Part shown: one piece after another, positions 27,764 through 41,429 of the stretch
Numbering within the stretch: the stretch's first letter is position 1
Layout of the letters: every line of letters starts with the position of its first letter
Origin: Cystobasidiomycetes sp. EMM_F5
Lineage: Eukaryota
DNA length: 60,640 nucleotides
Assembly (NCBI GenBank): GCA_051047955.1
Contig: JBPGPT010000010.1
Span: forward strand, 496,001 to 556,640
Direction of reading: 5' to 3'
Translations under genes and position numbers: made by a program
Notes under the pieces: model-generated
Databases searched by the model: none
The model's input: only the letters and a program-made list of their open reading frames with translations
What the model was told of the DNA's origin: nothing

Positions 27764-29085
27764 ATGAATAACGATGAGTGCACCACACTTACAGCACACC
27801 GGAAACGCAAGAGAGCTGGCGTGCAATTTTCCAGCGGATCATCTAGCCTCATCAGCCCCACGCGCCCCACGTTGGATCCGAATGGCACAAATTCGTCCTC
27901 TTGCGAAGCTAATGCTGTGCATGATGCACACGACACGGAACCACCGACAGGGCTGCTCCTCTCGTCGCCATCTCCACCGACAGTCTCCAAGCTCCCGCCC
28001 ATGTTGCCGTCTCGTCGTAGACGTCCAAAGGACTCCCAGTTTACACCAAGTCTGAATACAAGTGCGACAAGGACTGACGACAAAGCTGAGAATATAGAAG
28101 TCTCCTGCAAACGCGCCAGCAAAGACGTCACAAGCTCCACAAATTCTTCCAGACAATTCAATCAGCTTCGCCTGAACATTTCGAACAGACCGCTTTCACA
28201 AGAATGCTCAAAATGCGGAATGTCATATACGCGATCACGACTAGAGGACGAAGAGTTACATCTGCAGTATTGCGATCGCACGGCTGAGGGAATTCACTGG
28301 AATCTGTCGTCCGGAGTGTCAAATCATGTGCGGAGGTTAGGCCAAGAGCAAGACATCTTTGCGGCAGGGAAACCGCAGCGGGTCTCGACATGGCTAGTAG
28401 AAGGCAATGTGGGCGGTACCAACCGGAACAAGGTAAGGGCGATAGATAATAGCCGGTATCGGCGCTTTTACCCCGTTGCTGAACCAAAGGAACGCTAGCT
28501 AGAGGAGCTAGCCTCGCTTGTTGATCAGTCCATGGGCTCGTCTCCTATTTCGCACGAAACATTCTTACAATGTCGCTTCTTCTTGCTGGTAGTCACTCCG
28601 ACATCTGTGGCTCACAACTCAAAGTTGAACCGCAAGGAGCACGTTGTGGCTTGTGCAATACTGCAGCGCATCGAAAGAGCTTACCGCGTACTCAGCCGCT
28701 CGTCTGACATACCGAAGTTGCATTCCGAGCCTGTGACGGACCTGCTGCGGTTTGGCGAGGATGAGGGCGCGATCTTCTGCTCGTAAGCGGTGATTACGCT
28801 ACATCTTGACATATCGCTGCTTATCCGTGGAAGCACAGACCGAAAGCGGTGCATGCGGCAATTGGTGTACACCGTGTATGGACAGCATCATCATACCGGC
28901 GCGTAGGACTAGCGCAAAGACTTTTAGATGCTGCCGCTGCACACGCAATCTACGGTCAGCCTGTTTTTAAGGACCTTCCTCCGTTCCGCAAAGATGTCTT
29001 CGCATTCAGTCAGCCGTCAAGCTCTGGCCGACGTTTGTTTGAAACTTGGACGGGTACGGACGAGTTTCTGATATTTGTTGATTGA
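27764..29085 (+). CDS. ECO1: Cohesin acetyltransferase Eco1/ESCO, multi-exon, start uncertain
   Basis: PIP-like QLRLNI, zinc finger CSKCGMSY...EDEELHLQYC, and acetyltransferase IGVHRVWTASSYRRVGLAQRLLD...AFSQPSSSGRRL. Confidence 0.85.
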
Positions 29086-29261
29086 TGAAATAGATGCTGC
29101 TACACGACCATGACCCTGGCATCGTAGTATGCATGCTCGTGCGACACAAAAGCAGCCTAACTATTAGTTGCTCTTTGCCGTTGTGCGTGATTCGCACAAA
29201 TCCACGCAGATGGCACGCTGAACGGGCTGACGGCTAGCTCACAGAAGCCTCGTCGCCCTGG

Positions 29262-31196
29262 TTACGCTTTGACGAGGTCTTCCATGTCAGTCAAGTCCCC
29301 TTTCGCTGGGCCATTCACGACCATGCCCTTGCACGTAAAGCGTGATCCGTGTATGGGACAATCGAATGTCTTCTCGTCGGAATTCCACACAACAATGCCT
29401 TTAAGATGTGGGCACACTGCCGTCATCTTGTGGAGTTTGCCCTGTTCATCTTTGTAGATGGCGGTCGGCTTTACGCCGTCTCTCACAACGGCACCATCGC
29501 CAGGTGGTAGCGTGTCTTTAACGTCATCCAAGGTAGTAGTGGCATGAGTCAGCCACTTGGCGTAGTGTAATTGATCTTGTAAATTTCCCATAACATAGTC
29601 TGGCAGAGCCTTGAGAGCACGCTTGAGATTCGAGGCAGAGAATTGGCGACCAGGCTCGTACGTCGCTGCCCACGGATTAGCACGACCCAGCAATAAATCC
29701 TTGATGATAATGGCCCCGATCGACGAGTAAGTCAAGCCATCTCCATTATCGCCCGCTGCAGATACTCGCTAGTCAGCGTTTGAACATTACAATCGAAACG
29801 CGGAGGCTCACTATGAATGAACGTGTTTTTCGTTCCTGGGTTACGGCCTATTAGTGCCAGACCATCTGCAGTGTCGATGACTTGTCCTGACCAGCGATAC
29901 TCTTCTGGCCCAGCGTCGATCCAGCGCTCTCTCGTCCACTTGAGGATGCGCTCGTATCGTGCTTCTGCGTCAGAATGCTGGCCGACTTTGGCATCCTCGC
30001 CTCCGACAATCAGCAGGCTATGTTCCTGTGACGTACGGTGGGGAGTGGTCCGGACGTAGTAGTACGGGTCCGAGATATCCCACCAGAGCGCTCCAACCGG
30101 GGTTGGGAGCGATGAATTGAGAATTTTCAGTGCGACAGCATAAGTACGATGAGGTTCGCAGCGATCGATAATCTCCAGCTATTACAAAACATTTTAGCTT
30201 CGCCGTGCTGGAAAGTGTACGCAAGTCACCTTTTGTAAAGGTACATTTGTGGCCATAACCAAGCTATCTGCTGTCACGATGCTTCCGTCAGCCATGATGG
30301 CTGTGATTCCTCCCTTGGATTTGCCGTTGTCCTCATACTCGTTGAAATGCGTGTTTTCGTAGATTGTTCCGCCCAATTGGCTGGTTATGACGCTGGCGAG
30401 GCCTTTCAAGTACTTTGTCGGATGAAACGTAGCCTGATTGCCGAAGCGGATGGCGGGACCAGACTGAAAGCCGTGAATGTTTGCATCATCTACTATTGTC
30501 ACATCGTCAAGCTTGTTCGTCCCCTTTGCCGCCTCGTAGATTGCACGCAAGATAGGTTGTCGTTCTTCGAATTCCTTGGCACCGACAGGCGGGCCACAGA
30601 ACATGAATCCTGGCACACGCACAAAGTCGCAATTGATGTTGTGAATTCGTGCAATGTCTTCGATGCGCGAGATTGCTGCCTGTTGCGATTCCGCTACGAC
30701 CGCCGTGTTAGCTGCACCGTGCATGTCCTAACGTGGGACTCGTATCAGCTGAAGTAAATGTATTGCAGATATGATTCACGAGAAAATCATTGTACTCATT
30801 GTCCACTGACAAATGGCCAGTAGTTCGCCCAGTTTCGCCAGAACCGATTTCTCAATTTCGACAAGGCAAGACTCAGCCGCTGTGCAGGACCATATTGTGA
30901 ATGGATCACTCACTCCCGTCTTCGACAATTACAACCTTAAACATTTTCGTTGTCAGCAGTTCATAAGCTATGTGGAGGCCCGCGATGCCTCCGCCGACGA
31001 CGAGCACATCAGTTCTGATATTCTGATTCAGGGGAGGATAGGCTGCATTGACAGAGTCGGCAGTTAAATTGTCGCGTTCCTGCCAGACTTGTGAGGTAGT
31101 GACAGTCAGCCCTAGCCTAGCCAATTCAAATCTATCAATTCCCGAGAGCCACTAACCGGGAACGTGCGAACCAGACGTGTTGACGGAATCAGACAT
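29262..31196 (-). CDS. FAD-dependent oxidoreductase with C-terminal Rieske 2Fe-2S domain (YhfW-like), multi-exon
   Basis: Dinucleotide motif DVLVVGGGIAGL, GSGETGRTTGHL, QATFHPTKYL, and Rieske ligands CPHLKG...DCPIHGSRF. Confidence 0.85.
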
Positions 31197-31786
31197 GCCT
31201 TGATGAATCACTAAAGATCAGTGTTGCTGTAAGGAGCAGTCCCACACACAAATGTGCGTATGCTTCATTGCAAATGATTTGCATGTGCCGGCATTGGTGG
31301 ACCGGGATCGACGACGATCCCCAATGGCTTCAAGAGTCAGCGATGATGACCGGGCGTAAGATCCATCGGTTTTCTTAATGCAGGCTTGGATGAATAGACT
31401 TGGCTGTAGATTTACGCGCGGCGCAAGCTGGGTCATATCTTATGGGTTGGAACTCCATTCGCCGTCCCGGGATTATTGGAATGTGATGGACTTCGATACC
31501 GTGACAGCTACGGGTGCCTACCGCTGCTCAAGCGATATCCGCCTCTGTCATTCTTCAGTCATACCTCGAACCTCGTTGGCGTTGTCCTTTGGTTTAAGGT
31601 GTCAGCTGGGTTGAGTAACATTAATGCCACATCGGCTGGGCCTGACCCGTTGGCATTGGCCGTTCTCGTAGTGTACATCGTATAATATAAGTTAGTCGCG
31701 CTCAGGCGAGATGCTCACAGATGCTACAGATAGAAGTACTACACTAGCTACATAGGCTGCAATAGCTGACGACAATGGATGCGCCT

Positions 31787-34399
31787 TCAAGTCCCACTGC
31801 GTTTACCATGACCTTTCCATTCATGCATAGCTACAGAGCCGGACAGCGCACCTGACGTTTCGACCCACGCACTGGAGATGAGAACAGGCGCAAAGGGGGC
31901 CCAAGACACGTCGCGCACGATCGGCGGGCTCGAGGTTGTGGGGTAGGTGCCAAGTGGTCTATCTGGCTGACTGGGCTCGTTCATTCTGACTACATTCGAC
32001 GTTGCTCCTTTTGTCAGGAGAGGCATAGTGTATCGCCGATCGAGCACCTGCGCAACCGTGCCATCCAGATTCCATATGTGTATTTTGCCGTCATAAGATC
32101 CGGAGTATACGTAGCGTTGGCCCGTTGTGGCTTCGGGAGAGAAGTGACAGCGTATCAAGGTTTGGAGTACAGTATGACCGGTAAATGTAACAACTGAACG
32201 GTCATTCGGATGCTTCATGTACCGTGGCTTTTTGTACAAGCCGTGGCGATAGTCGAAGCCGCGGACAGCTAGAGTAAATATTGTAGTAAGTGGCCGGCAC
32301 AATCCGATGTACGAGTATGGACACTCACAGACATCGATCCGACCAAGTGTGGTGAAGTCGTCACTGGAATACATCATACGGAGATCCCACAGCTTACAGG
32401 TCTATGGAAACATTTACATTATCTTCCTATAACCATGAAACCCGATGGACGCACCTGGTCTTTGCCGTTACTAACAACAAAACGACCGTCGCCTTTCGGG
32501 GCTACGTAGGTGACTCCTTCCGTATGGCCGACCAATACGCCAGACGGCTTTGTAAATCTGCCAGAATCCCCTAACGAGCGGCGATCCCAGACTTTCAAGA
32601 ATGCATCGTCTGACCCCGATACCAGTACATTCGACGAGGCGGCTGGAATGCACTGGCTAGTCAGCAGAGCATGCGGCTACGTTAGATTGGCTTACTGTCT
32701 GCAAAGCATACCGCATTTACGTCGTCTTCGTGAGCGCTAATGCTCAGAATGGTGCGCCTGCTTTCGAGATCATAAACATGGATGGCACCAGAGGATGCGC
32801 CTGCTACGATCTCCCTCCCATCGGCAGAAAATCGAAGGGACCATATCTACATATGGTGCTTGACATTAGCCTGGCTACTGCTTGACACCATGCATACGCT
32901 TCATTGACATACTCCGAAATGTCTCCGCATGCTCCTGCCACCGGGTGCCCCAGATCCAAAGTCGAGCGACGTTTGCCCATCATTCTCGTCGAAATCCGTA
33001 CCATTGTCATTCGCTAGATTTATTTTTGACATGCCGACAACAGGACCGATGGTTGACCACACCATAAGAGAATTATCGGGCGACAGATTCGCATCGGTGA
33101 TGGTCCATGACGAATACTGTTCTCGAGCGTGTATGACTTTACTGAGATGCAATGAGGATTTCTCATCGTAGCCATGTCCCATGCGCATTGAGCGAAAGCG
33201 GCGGGCAGATGCTTCGCTGTCGTCGACCGGATCGACCTTCGATTTGTTCATGGGGCACATTGTCATATCATATATCCTGACTCGAAAATCTGTCGATGTG
33301 TTGCATTCAATTGATATCAAGGAGAAAATGTGTAGAAACCGTACCTTGCGCGCAGGTATAAAAGAAAGTGCCGTCTTTCGAATACTGTCCGCAATATACG
33401 TTGGCATCGGACTTTGCGACTTCAACGCCGGGACTGTTGGGTACAGCTAAATCGCCAAGGCTGTCTCGCCGCACTCCAGTATGGGGAGTACAATATTCAT
33501 GCTTTCGCATGATATCATTCATATTCCGTGGCTGCAGGCACACTTTACGCCGATTGTGCGTGTCGTGCCGCCTCCCCGGCTGTTCCACGTAGCATTGAGT
33601 ATTCGCCGCCCATGACAAGGAGTGACGCAGCTCTCACCTTTCCAAAAAGCCCTCTGCGCTCAAGCTCGACTCCTTCTCGAATTGGCTGGACAGTTTTGGG
33701 AAATAGGCCAGTCGCGGTTGCACGGCCTCTGTACCTTCCCCAGGAGAATGACTCCGTTTCATCATCATCAAAATCCTCGACAGCGGGCTCATTTGCGGCG
33801 ATAGCTTGACCCGTGTGTCCTGATATGTAACGCCGGAGAGCGGCTAGAGTAGATTGGGCTGAAAAGCCTCCACCTCTGCGGGGGCGTGCACCTAGCGCAT
33901 CAGTAATGTCTTCGCGGTCGCCGTTTGCATTGATGATGAAGACGCTTCCCGTCGTGGCTTGACAGTAATAGTTACACATTTCAGTCTATATTGTACGGGG
34001 CTAGAGATAAGTGACATTATACATACAATCGACTGCCAACGTATATTGGGGTGTTTCTTCAGCTTGGGTATTGTCGCCGGCATCGACTCCATCACTAGCG
34101 TACGTGTCGCCAGTAGCTGCCATTCGCTCCACCTCGGCAAGATCGGTATCGTCCTCGCTGCTTTCGAATTGGATCTCGAAATCATCGTCGTAGTCATCCT
34201 GGCTGTCGCCCGTCTCCACGTCATCCTCGCCGACATCGATGTCGTTAGTCTCGTCATCCTCGTAGTTGTCGTCGTCGTCCCCGCTGCTGCCGTCATCGAG
34301 CGTCGCCTCGTCCCGGCTGAAGACTTCACTATCTTCGCCTTCGGTGCTGGATACTGCTAGATATACTTCATGTTCGTCAAACGCTCCCGGCATGCTCAT
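31787..34399 (-). CDS. WD40 protein DCAF11/WDR23/LEC14B-like, multi-exon
   Basis: Acidic N-terminus, YCGQYSKDGTFFY, WTITDANLSPDN, GHTEGVTYVAPKGDGRF and GHTVLQTLIRCHFSP...RYVYSGSYDG. Confidence 0.8.
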
Positions 34400-34577
34400 T
34401 GTGCAATTGACCGTGTTGGGCTGGATACATCATTCGTAGGTCTATTCTATGTCTGGCGATCTCGGTTTATAACGCCACCTATATAGCTACAGACGAGCTG
34501 GACTTCTGCACAATGCTACTCGCGCTATCTTTATTGTCTACGTGTTACATTGCATCAGCGCATTGTCCATCTTGGCA

Positions 34578-36444
34578 TTACCTCCGCAGGTTGGCACTAT
34601 AAGTAGGATAAGCCGCATTGCCGGTGTATGGTATCGAAGGGGGGCCAGTCGCGGCGTTGGTGTAGACTGGAGAATCTTGATAATACGTATCGTACATATC
34701 GTAAGTAGGAGAAGGGTTGACGGCCGTCGTCGGACCATAAGAGTACATATCCGGTTGTGTTTGCAGTGCGCTGTTTTCAGCAATGTGATTTCTCCCTTGA
34801 TCGTAGAAGGGCTGCTCTCGAGCTTCTGTATCTATGCCATCATAGGCAGAGATTTCATGTTGAGATGGATGCTGTGACGATCGTCCTCGGCGATGCGCCG
34901 CACTCATCGATTGACGCTGCCTGCCGACCACCGCAGAGTCGTAAAAACCGCCCGAGGCAGGGCCTGCATTCCGAGTAATAGTAATGAGACTGCTGGTCGT
35001 TATTGGTGGGATGTATGGTCGAGATGTTTGCATTTCGTGATTGTAATGGTACGCGTCGGGAGCAGGATACGGTGTCACCACAAATCCAGAAGTCGGTTGG
35101 GTCGTGATATCTGTATAAAAATTTTGACTACCAGGCTCGTTACGAGAGGCCGGGAAAGCCAGCGGGGCAGCAGCTGCCATTGGTCTGGGACCATAAGGAG
35201 ACGCGCCCTGCTGAGCTGCATCATTGTAAAATGTTTGTCCACGCAGGACTCCGCCAGAGCCTGATCCATAAGCGCGGCCGTGCGGCGATTGCGTTTGCGA
35301 AGGCGAAGCGCTGTTGGATCTGTGTGGTATATACGGTGGATTGAAGGGTTCTGCTTGTTCAGACCCTGAACGATAGGGCCGGGCTATAGTCTGTGCTTCC
35401 GCTCCAGGTCCATAGCCATAGCCTGTTCCAACTCCGGCAATCGAATGCGAGAGCGACTGCTCATTGATGTCGACAGACTCGCTGGATGCGTTAGCTTTCG
35501 GTATGGCTGTGAGGGGCATTTGCTCTTCAGGAAAGGCTGGTAGGCCGCTGTTCCCCCCTCCGTTCCGGCGAATCGCTTCCGCCTTTTCTAGGTCCTGAGC
35601 ATCCTTCCTGGCTGCGGAAGCATAGTCGTAATCGAGGCGTGGTCGCATCCGGTCTTTTTCTTCCTCGCGCGGGCGTCTGTTGATACAGCGATGTCCAAAG
35701 CCGAAAAAGCAGCCCGACGTAAACATCAAAATAAAGCCAACCAGCGTCAGCCAGATTCCGTTCCCGAGAGAAGCCTTGATAGCCACATCGCTCTGTTGCA
35801 CTGCGTTGATGCGAGACTTTGCTATGCTGAAGAGCACGATGTCAAAGATGAATGCCAGCATGGCAACTGTAGAAGCAATGGATGCCAGCCAGGTAGCCGC
35901 CAGCCCTCGTGAAAACTCGCGAAAGTGGGAGGCTATGCCAAGAATGAACGACACTAGCCCAAGTCCAGCTGCTATAGGGTGTATGATGAGTACGTAGGTG
36001 AGCCATTTGATGAGACTGTGTATTCATAATTCAGTGAGGCTTCAAAGCTGTCGATACAATTGTTGCAAAGCTTACGAATTTGGGAGGTTCACATTGGTGG
36101 TGTTGCCAAATATTTCGTTGCTGCTGAGTTCGTAGCCCAACTGAGGACCTTGACACACCGCCTTGGTTCCGATACCGCTGAGACAATACCCGAGAGCGCC
36201 CAGGTTTACACTAGCCTTCACATTGACGCTGGCAACAGATACGGTGATGTCCGCGTTTAGGAAGTAGATGGATTTGATGATTGGGGTTGATACGGAGACC
36301 AAAATACTACAGGGCGGTGAAGATCGTACATCAATCGCGATTGGTCGCATCAGCTCCGCACTGATGCTCATACGTCGGAAACCCTCACAGTATGATCGTT
36401 GCGGCAAGGACTACTATCGAACCAGGGGTTGATGGTCGAACCAT
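34578..36444 (-). CDS. PalI/Rim9 (Sur7 family) membrane protein with long cytoplasmic tail, multi-exon
   Basis: MVRPSTPG...LVSVSTPIIKSIYFL, LGALGYC, YVLIIHPIAAG, AFIFDIVLF and LGNGIWLTL. Confidence 0.8.
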
Positions 36445-37325
36445 GTCCAGTGTACTCAACGGCTGCAGCAGCAGGGCTCGCTGCGCACTAGCGTCAGTGG
36501 CTCCAGATTTGGGCGACCAGTGATGGTGATTCCGACTTTGGGCGACCTTTCTACCAGCCTCTCGACGTGAATCTGAATGCGCCTCGGTCGTCCAGCCAGC
36601 GACGCAGCCCTAAGATCTGGCTATCCTGCCAACCCTGCGTTCTCAGAATTGACACGAAAGCAGGCCAGCTGCTGTGTACCTCGGTGTTGGTCGGGAGCTG
36701 AGAGGCGGTGCAGCGATAAGTGACAACTCAAGACAATGCAGGGACCCGTTTGCATAATTTAGCTAGCAAAAACTCTATGGACTACAGGCAGCTACAGGCT
36801 ACGGCAACACGAGAACCGCTGTACTCCTTTACCATCCTCTCGACTCGCCTTTGTTCTTACACCTTACTGACCGCGATTAATGCTGTTCCTGGCGGAGCGG
36901 CCTCAACAAGGAAGTACTAAGTATACGAAACGTCTACCAGAGTTGAGAAGAGGGGAGCAATGCCGATGCGCCTGACCGCATGCCTACGGATTTCAGGCTA
37001 CAATGCCATCCGGAATCGTGGATGCCTTGTGGATGTGCATGGACCGGCAGAACCGACTGCTAAACTTGAAGCATTTCTAGAAATAGTGTCCTGGTAGAAA
37101 GATCAAGCAATAAACTGAAGGAGGCATCCAGCCCGCACTGATCTTTTTCCCCGCCAACCCCGCTTACCCCGTCGTATTTGTTTCCCCGTTACGACCGCCC
37201 GCAGAATGCAGCAGGAATTTGAAGCGGGTGTGCATTCAAGAGATGTTAGCGTCCATTTCTCCCTCTCTTCTTGAACAAGATCGTGAAAATCACGCACCGC
37301 AATGTATTGCATGAACGGAAACAAG

Positions 37326-38314
37326 ATGACATCAATCCTGTTTCTACTAGCTTTCTGGAGCTTGGTCATCGGCCTCATTCAGGCTGTATCGCCTCTGGAC
37401 GGGTCAGTTATCTCGGCGATACATTCGCAGGCAGATGAAGTAACAATGTGTCCCCGCTTCTAGCGCTGCGTACACAGGCTATGCTAATTATTCTGGCAAT
37501 CCCGCTGTGCCAGGCTTCAGATGGCTTTATGTCAGCATGCATTTCTTACTAGTCTATCTCGCAGGCTACGGCTGAGGTTTCGCAGACCGCTTACATCGAG
37601 CTGTATGGCGATAGATTTGACTATGGCTACACTCCCGATGGTCTTAGGCGCGCGATACCTATAACAGGCGGCAATTTCACCGGTTAGTGCTCGAGTATTG
37701 AGTGCATGCTGGCTGTTTAGTCTTGACTGGTGCATCACCGTACGTGTGTGTCCCCTCACAGGCCCGTATTTTTCTGTAAGCGCACTGCACTGTGTACGAC
37801 AAACGCGACACTGACGACATTTACAGGGGAGTAGGTACCCGTTGCCTCCCGCTTTGAACCGAATGCTCAAAAGTGGTAATCTACTGAACAGCTATCCTTA
37901 ATCTTGGCGCCGATGTCGGGACCGTCAACAATCAGACCGGCGTATTTCATGCAGACACGAGATACTCCTTCAGAACCAATGATACTGTCCCTGCAAATTT
38001 CTACATGGTCACCGCAGGACCTTCCCGCCCATTCCAGCCCTCAATAGGTGGAGCCAACTCGACGTCTGGATTATTCAACTTTGTGAACATCCAAACGGGT
38101 GATAGCCGATACAGCTACCTGAATGACCTTGCTAGTGGGTTGTTATATGCTGTGATTAATCGACTTTCTGATTTGCGTAATTGGGTCTGCATCAGTTATT
38201 GGACTGACACAAACTGCTGCTACCAATCTGCTTCGCTACGATGCATACTATCTCGTGACTGCTGGACCGGGCAATACAGCTAATTCTACCGGCAATGGTA
38301 CATCTACACAATGA
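37326..38314 (+). CDS. Secreted DUF3237 (UPF0311)-like beta-barrel protein, 7 exons, 206 aa
   Basis: Exons 37326-37402, 37464-37530, 37586-37682, 37762-37775, 37827-37830, 37892-38134 and 38196-38314, all GT-AG, join in frame. Product has a signal-like MTSILFLLAFWSLVIGLIQA, then RRAIPITGGNFTGPYFSGTILNLGADVG, DTRYSFRTND and TGDSRYSYLN. Confidence 0.75.
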
Positions 38315-38822
38315 GAGTCGGTCAAGGAACGAGCGGGTGCTAATCGTAAACAATATGATCAACCGCTCGGGAGGTCTGTGGATTCTAGTACATACGCTTC
38401 ATCTCTATTAAGATATCCGGTACGTTGGAAAAGCAAAATCTCAGATTAATTGCCATAGCGCGTTGTAGACCCTATATGCGCGCAACTTGGTCTGCGGAGC
38501 GATGAGGACACGGGCTTGCAAACGAGTCACTGGCACAATCCAAAAATTCAATGCTGATAGCAGAACTCCATTTGCGTTATAGCTAGCGGCAGGATGATTT
38601 GCATGATGATACGCGCGTCGCTGGACTCAGATTAAGGTGAAAGTGTCAGGCGGCAGTAGGTGGCAGGAGAGACGCGAATAAACACTGCCAAAACGTACGA
38701 TATTGAACTATGTCAGATTAGAATCACAATGCTACTCAGAACTGCGCCAGTACCCTATTATGTGACCATACATGATGCGTATACGTACTGACCGGAGTCT
38801 CAGGTCGAAACAATAGCACCGC

Positions 38823-40772
38823 TTACGCATGAACAACGTGTTCAGTCTCGTACTTTTCGTCATGGTCAACGATGCCCTTTTCCCGCTCGGAATAGCCAAT
38901 CTTGGTGTTTTCGCTGAGCTGCGCGACAGCACGGTCTCCATCGAAGAGTTGCGCAATCTCTGCAGATAAGCACAGAAACGAATGAGATAGAGTGCCATGA
39001 CATGCTATGGATGCCTTACCCTCGAGAGGAAGTGGTCCGTTTTTGCCCTTCGTTTCAAGCAAGTAGAAGTAGCAGAAGACGAACTCAAAGGCGATCCAGA
39101 TGGTGTATACGATGTAGTACTTCCACTTGAGCGCACCAAGTGCGATCGGGTTGGCATACTGGTTGAACACCAGCGAAGCGTTGACACAAAGATTCATTAC
39201 CATGAGGCCCTTGGAACGAATGCGGAATGGCAGGCTGTGTAGTCAAGAGTCAGAAACAGTACCTTCATCGTGGTTGAAAGACACACATTTCGACCGTGTA
39301 TGCCACGAGCAGTGGAGACATGGCGATGTTGTACGCGGCGTAATATAGAAAGATGGCAGCAAGGACACCGCGACCAGCGTTGGGATTTCCGTTGACGGGA
39401 TCACCAGCGTCGTCGATGCCTGTGGCAGTATTGGCGTAAACCGCCGCACAGATCGTCCACATGGCGTAAGAGAGACACATTCCGAAGCACGATGCCAGGA
39501 AAAGGGTTCGTCTACCAAGACGTTCGACAAGCAGAGCACCAAGAATAGCAGTGCCGTAGTTGTAGACTTGTAGGATACCGTTCAGAAGCGTCTTTTGACC
39601 TGCCAGGACGAAAAATCAGACATCACCGCAGGCGCATTAACGCGCTAGATCCACCAACCGGATGTCGTTATGCCTATACCGTTTAATACGATATTGAAGT
39701 AGTATGACACTGCAAGCAGTTTATGAGACTCTTTCCCAAATTTATTTAACGCAAATCTCACCAATTCCGTTACCAGACCACTGCGAGAAAAATGCGATGG
39801 CAATAATGATGCGCATACGTTTGCGATTGCCTGATGTGGAAAAGAGTGACTTGTAAGAAGCTGTGGCAGTGGCCTCTTGCTCCAATCGGATAGCTTCTTT
39901 GATTTCCTGGATTTCGAAATTGATAAGAGGATCGGTTGTATCACCTCCGCAATGGTGCTTGCAAATGACACGAGTCGCAAGAGCTTCCTTCCCGTTTGCT
40001 ACAAGCCATCTTGGCGATTCGGGAATGAAGAAGATGAGGATGACTTGAATGACGGACGGGAGGCCTTGAAGAAGGGAAGGGATTCTCCACGACCAAGAAC
40101 TATCAATGCGGAATGTGCCAAACGTGGTCCATGCTGCGATGATTGAGCCCAGATACCAGGAAGAGTTGTAGAGGGAGGTGAGCTGAGCACGGTGAGCGGG
40201 ATACGCAAGCTCTGTAATGAGGATCGGGGCGGCCAAGCAGGCAAACGATAGGCCGAAACCGATGAGGAAGCGGCAGCCGATAAACATTCCCACATTTTGC
40301 GCTGCCGACTGGAGCGCAACGCCCACGAGCATGATGATTGAGCCAATGAAGATGGTCATCCGCCGTCCGAACTTGTCATTCAGATAAGGAGCGAAAGGAA
40401 GCCCCGCTATACCCCCAATGCTTTGAATGGCGTTGAAAACTCCCAGAACAGACCCAGTAGGATGGCCAAAGTAGTCCTGCCATTGGTCTACTTGCTGCAG
40501 GCCATTCATCATGCTTCCATCGTAACCTAGAGGGAATTTTTCGAACGGGATGAATGGTGCGTCAACGTCTCGCCACGTTTGCCGTATAGGCGAGGTCCCG
40601 AATTTTTCGTAAACCTACCATTCGTTGCAGATGTAATGATGAGCAGGAAAATGATGGAGTTCAATACCAGGAAGTGTCCCCTAAACCACGATGTGTTTCG
40701 TCCTTTGATGAGGGCATCAGCCTCAGCAGAGGCCTGGTTGGAAGAGCGGTCGCGGATGTTGAATTCCTCCAT
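38823..40772 (-). CDS. MFS sugar porter, lactose permease/cellodextrin transporter-like, multi-exon
   Basis: NGYDGSMMNGLQ, DKFGRR, ITELAYP, PESPRWL, FFSQWSGNG, YTVE.LPFRIRSKGL and LETKG. Confidence 0.92.
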
Positions 40773-41429
40773 GATGATCTAGCCTGACAGTCTTGATGAG
40801 AGAGATGTAGAGACCAAGAGACAAAGAGACAACACGCAGGAAGGGTGAATTTATGCTCCCAGCGCATCAGACGGTGAGCCGGGGACTGGTAGGAGGGCCT
40901 CCACCATCGTCGGGCTACTCCAGACGGAGCAAAATCGGTGTAAAAGTCAGATTGCACGTATTGCTACGGGCGAAAGAGCAGGCTACGATTGACTTTGCTT
41001 AAGCCGAAAAGACGGAATGCTATTGCCACCTTCGTGCATGCGGAGACGCAAGCGGACGGACCTCGCCAAAATAGGGGGACGGTGCAACTGCGCCGTCAGC
41101 GGAATTCGCAAGGTATCACATGTCCGCTCACACTGCTACGTGCGAAATGCTGCTCCGTAGCGGTCGTGTATGATTGAACGGCTTTCCAATGACGGCGACT
41201 TCTGAAGACGGTGAAGTCTAACGATGCAGCAGCTGACCCTGGGCCGGTAGCCCGGACAGCAGTGGTAGCACTGCGCTGATCACCATCGTCGAGCTTGTAG
41301 GCCGGATCTGCGCAGGGATTTGACACGCCGCTTGTGGAACTGTTCATACCCTACTTCGATTCATACAGCAGGATAACAGGCAGTAATCTCTGTAAACGTC
41401 ACTACGCCTGTCGACTTTACGCGACGAAC
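40773..41429. promoter_or_regulatory. Divergent promoter shared by sugar porter and GH5, CGG-triplet rich
   Basis: Lies between head-to-head ATGs at 40772 and 41430. Many CGG/CCG triplets, including CGG-N8-CGG at 40925-40938. Confidence 0.4.

Noticed and set aside
7690..34399. REV7, APC2, NudE, ECO1 and DCAF11 as a functional mitosis cluster
   Set aside because: Interspersed with unrelated genes and no shared motif seen; chance adjacency in a compact genome suffices.
36445..38820. Long gap as a possible telomerase RNA locus
   Set aside because: Only an 8-nt match (AGCCCTAA near 36606) to the predicted template, and much of the gap is explained by the DUF3237-like gene and promoters.
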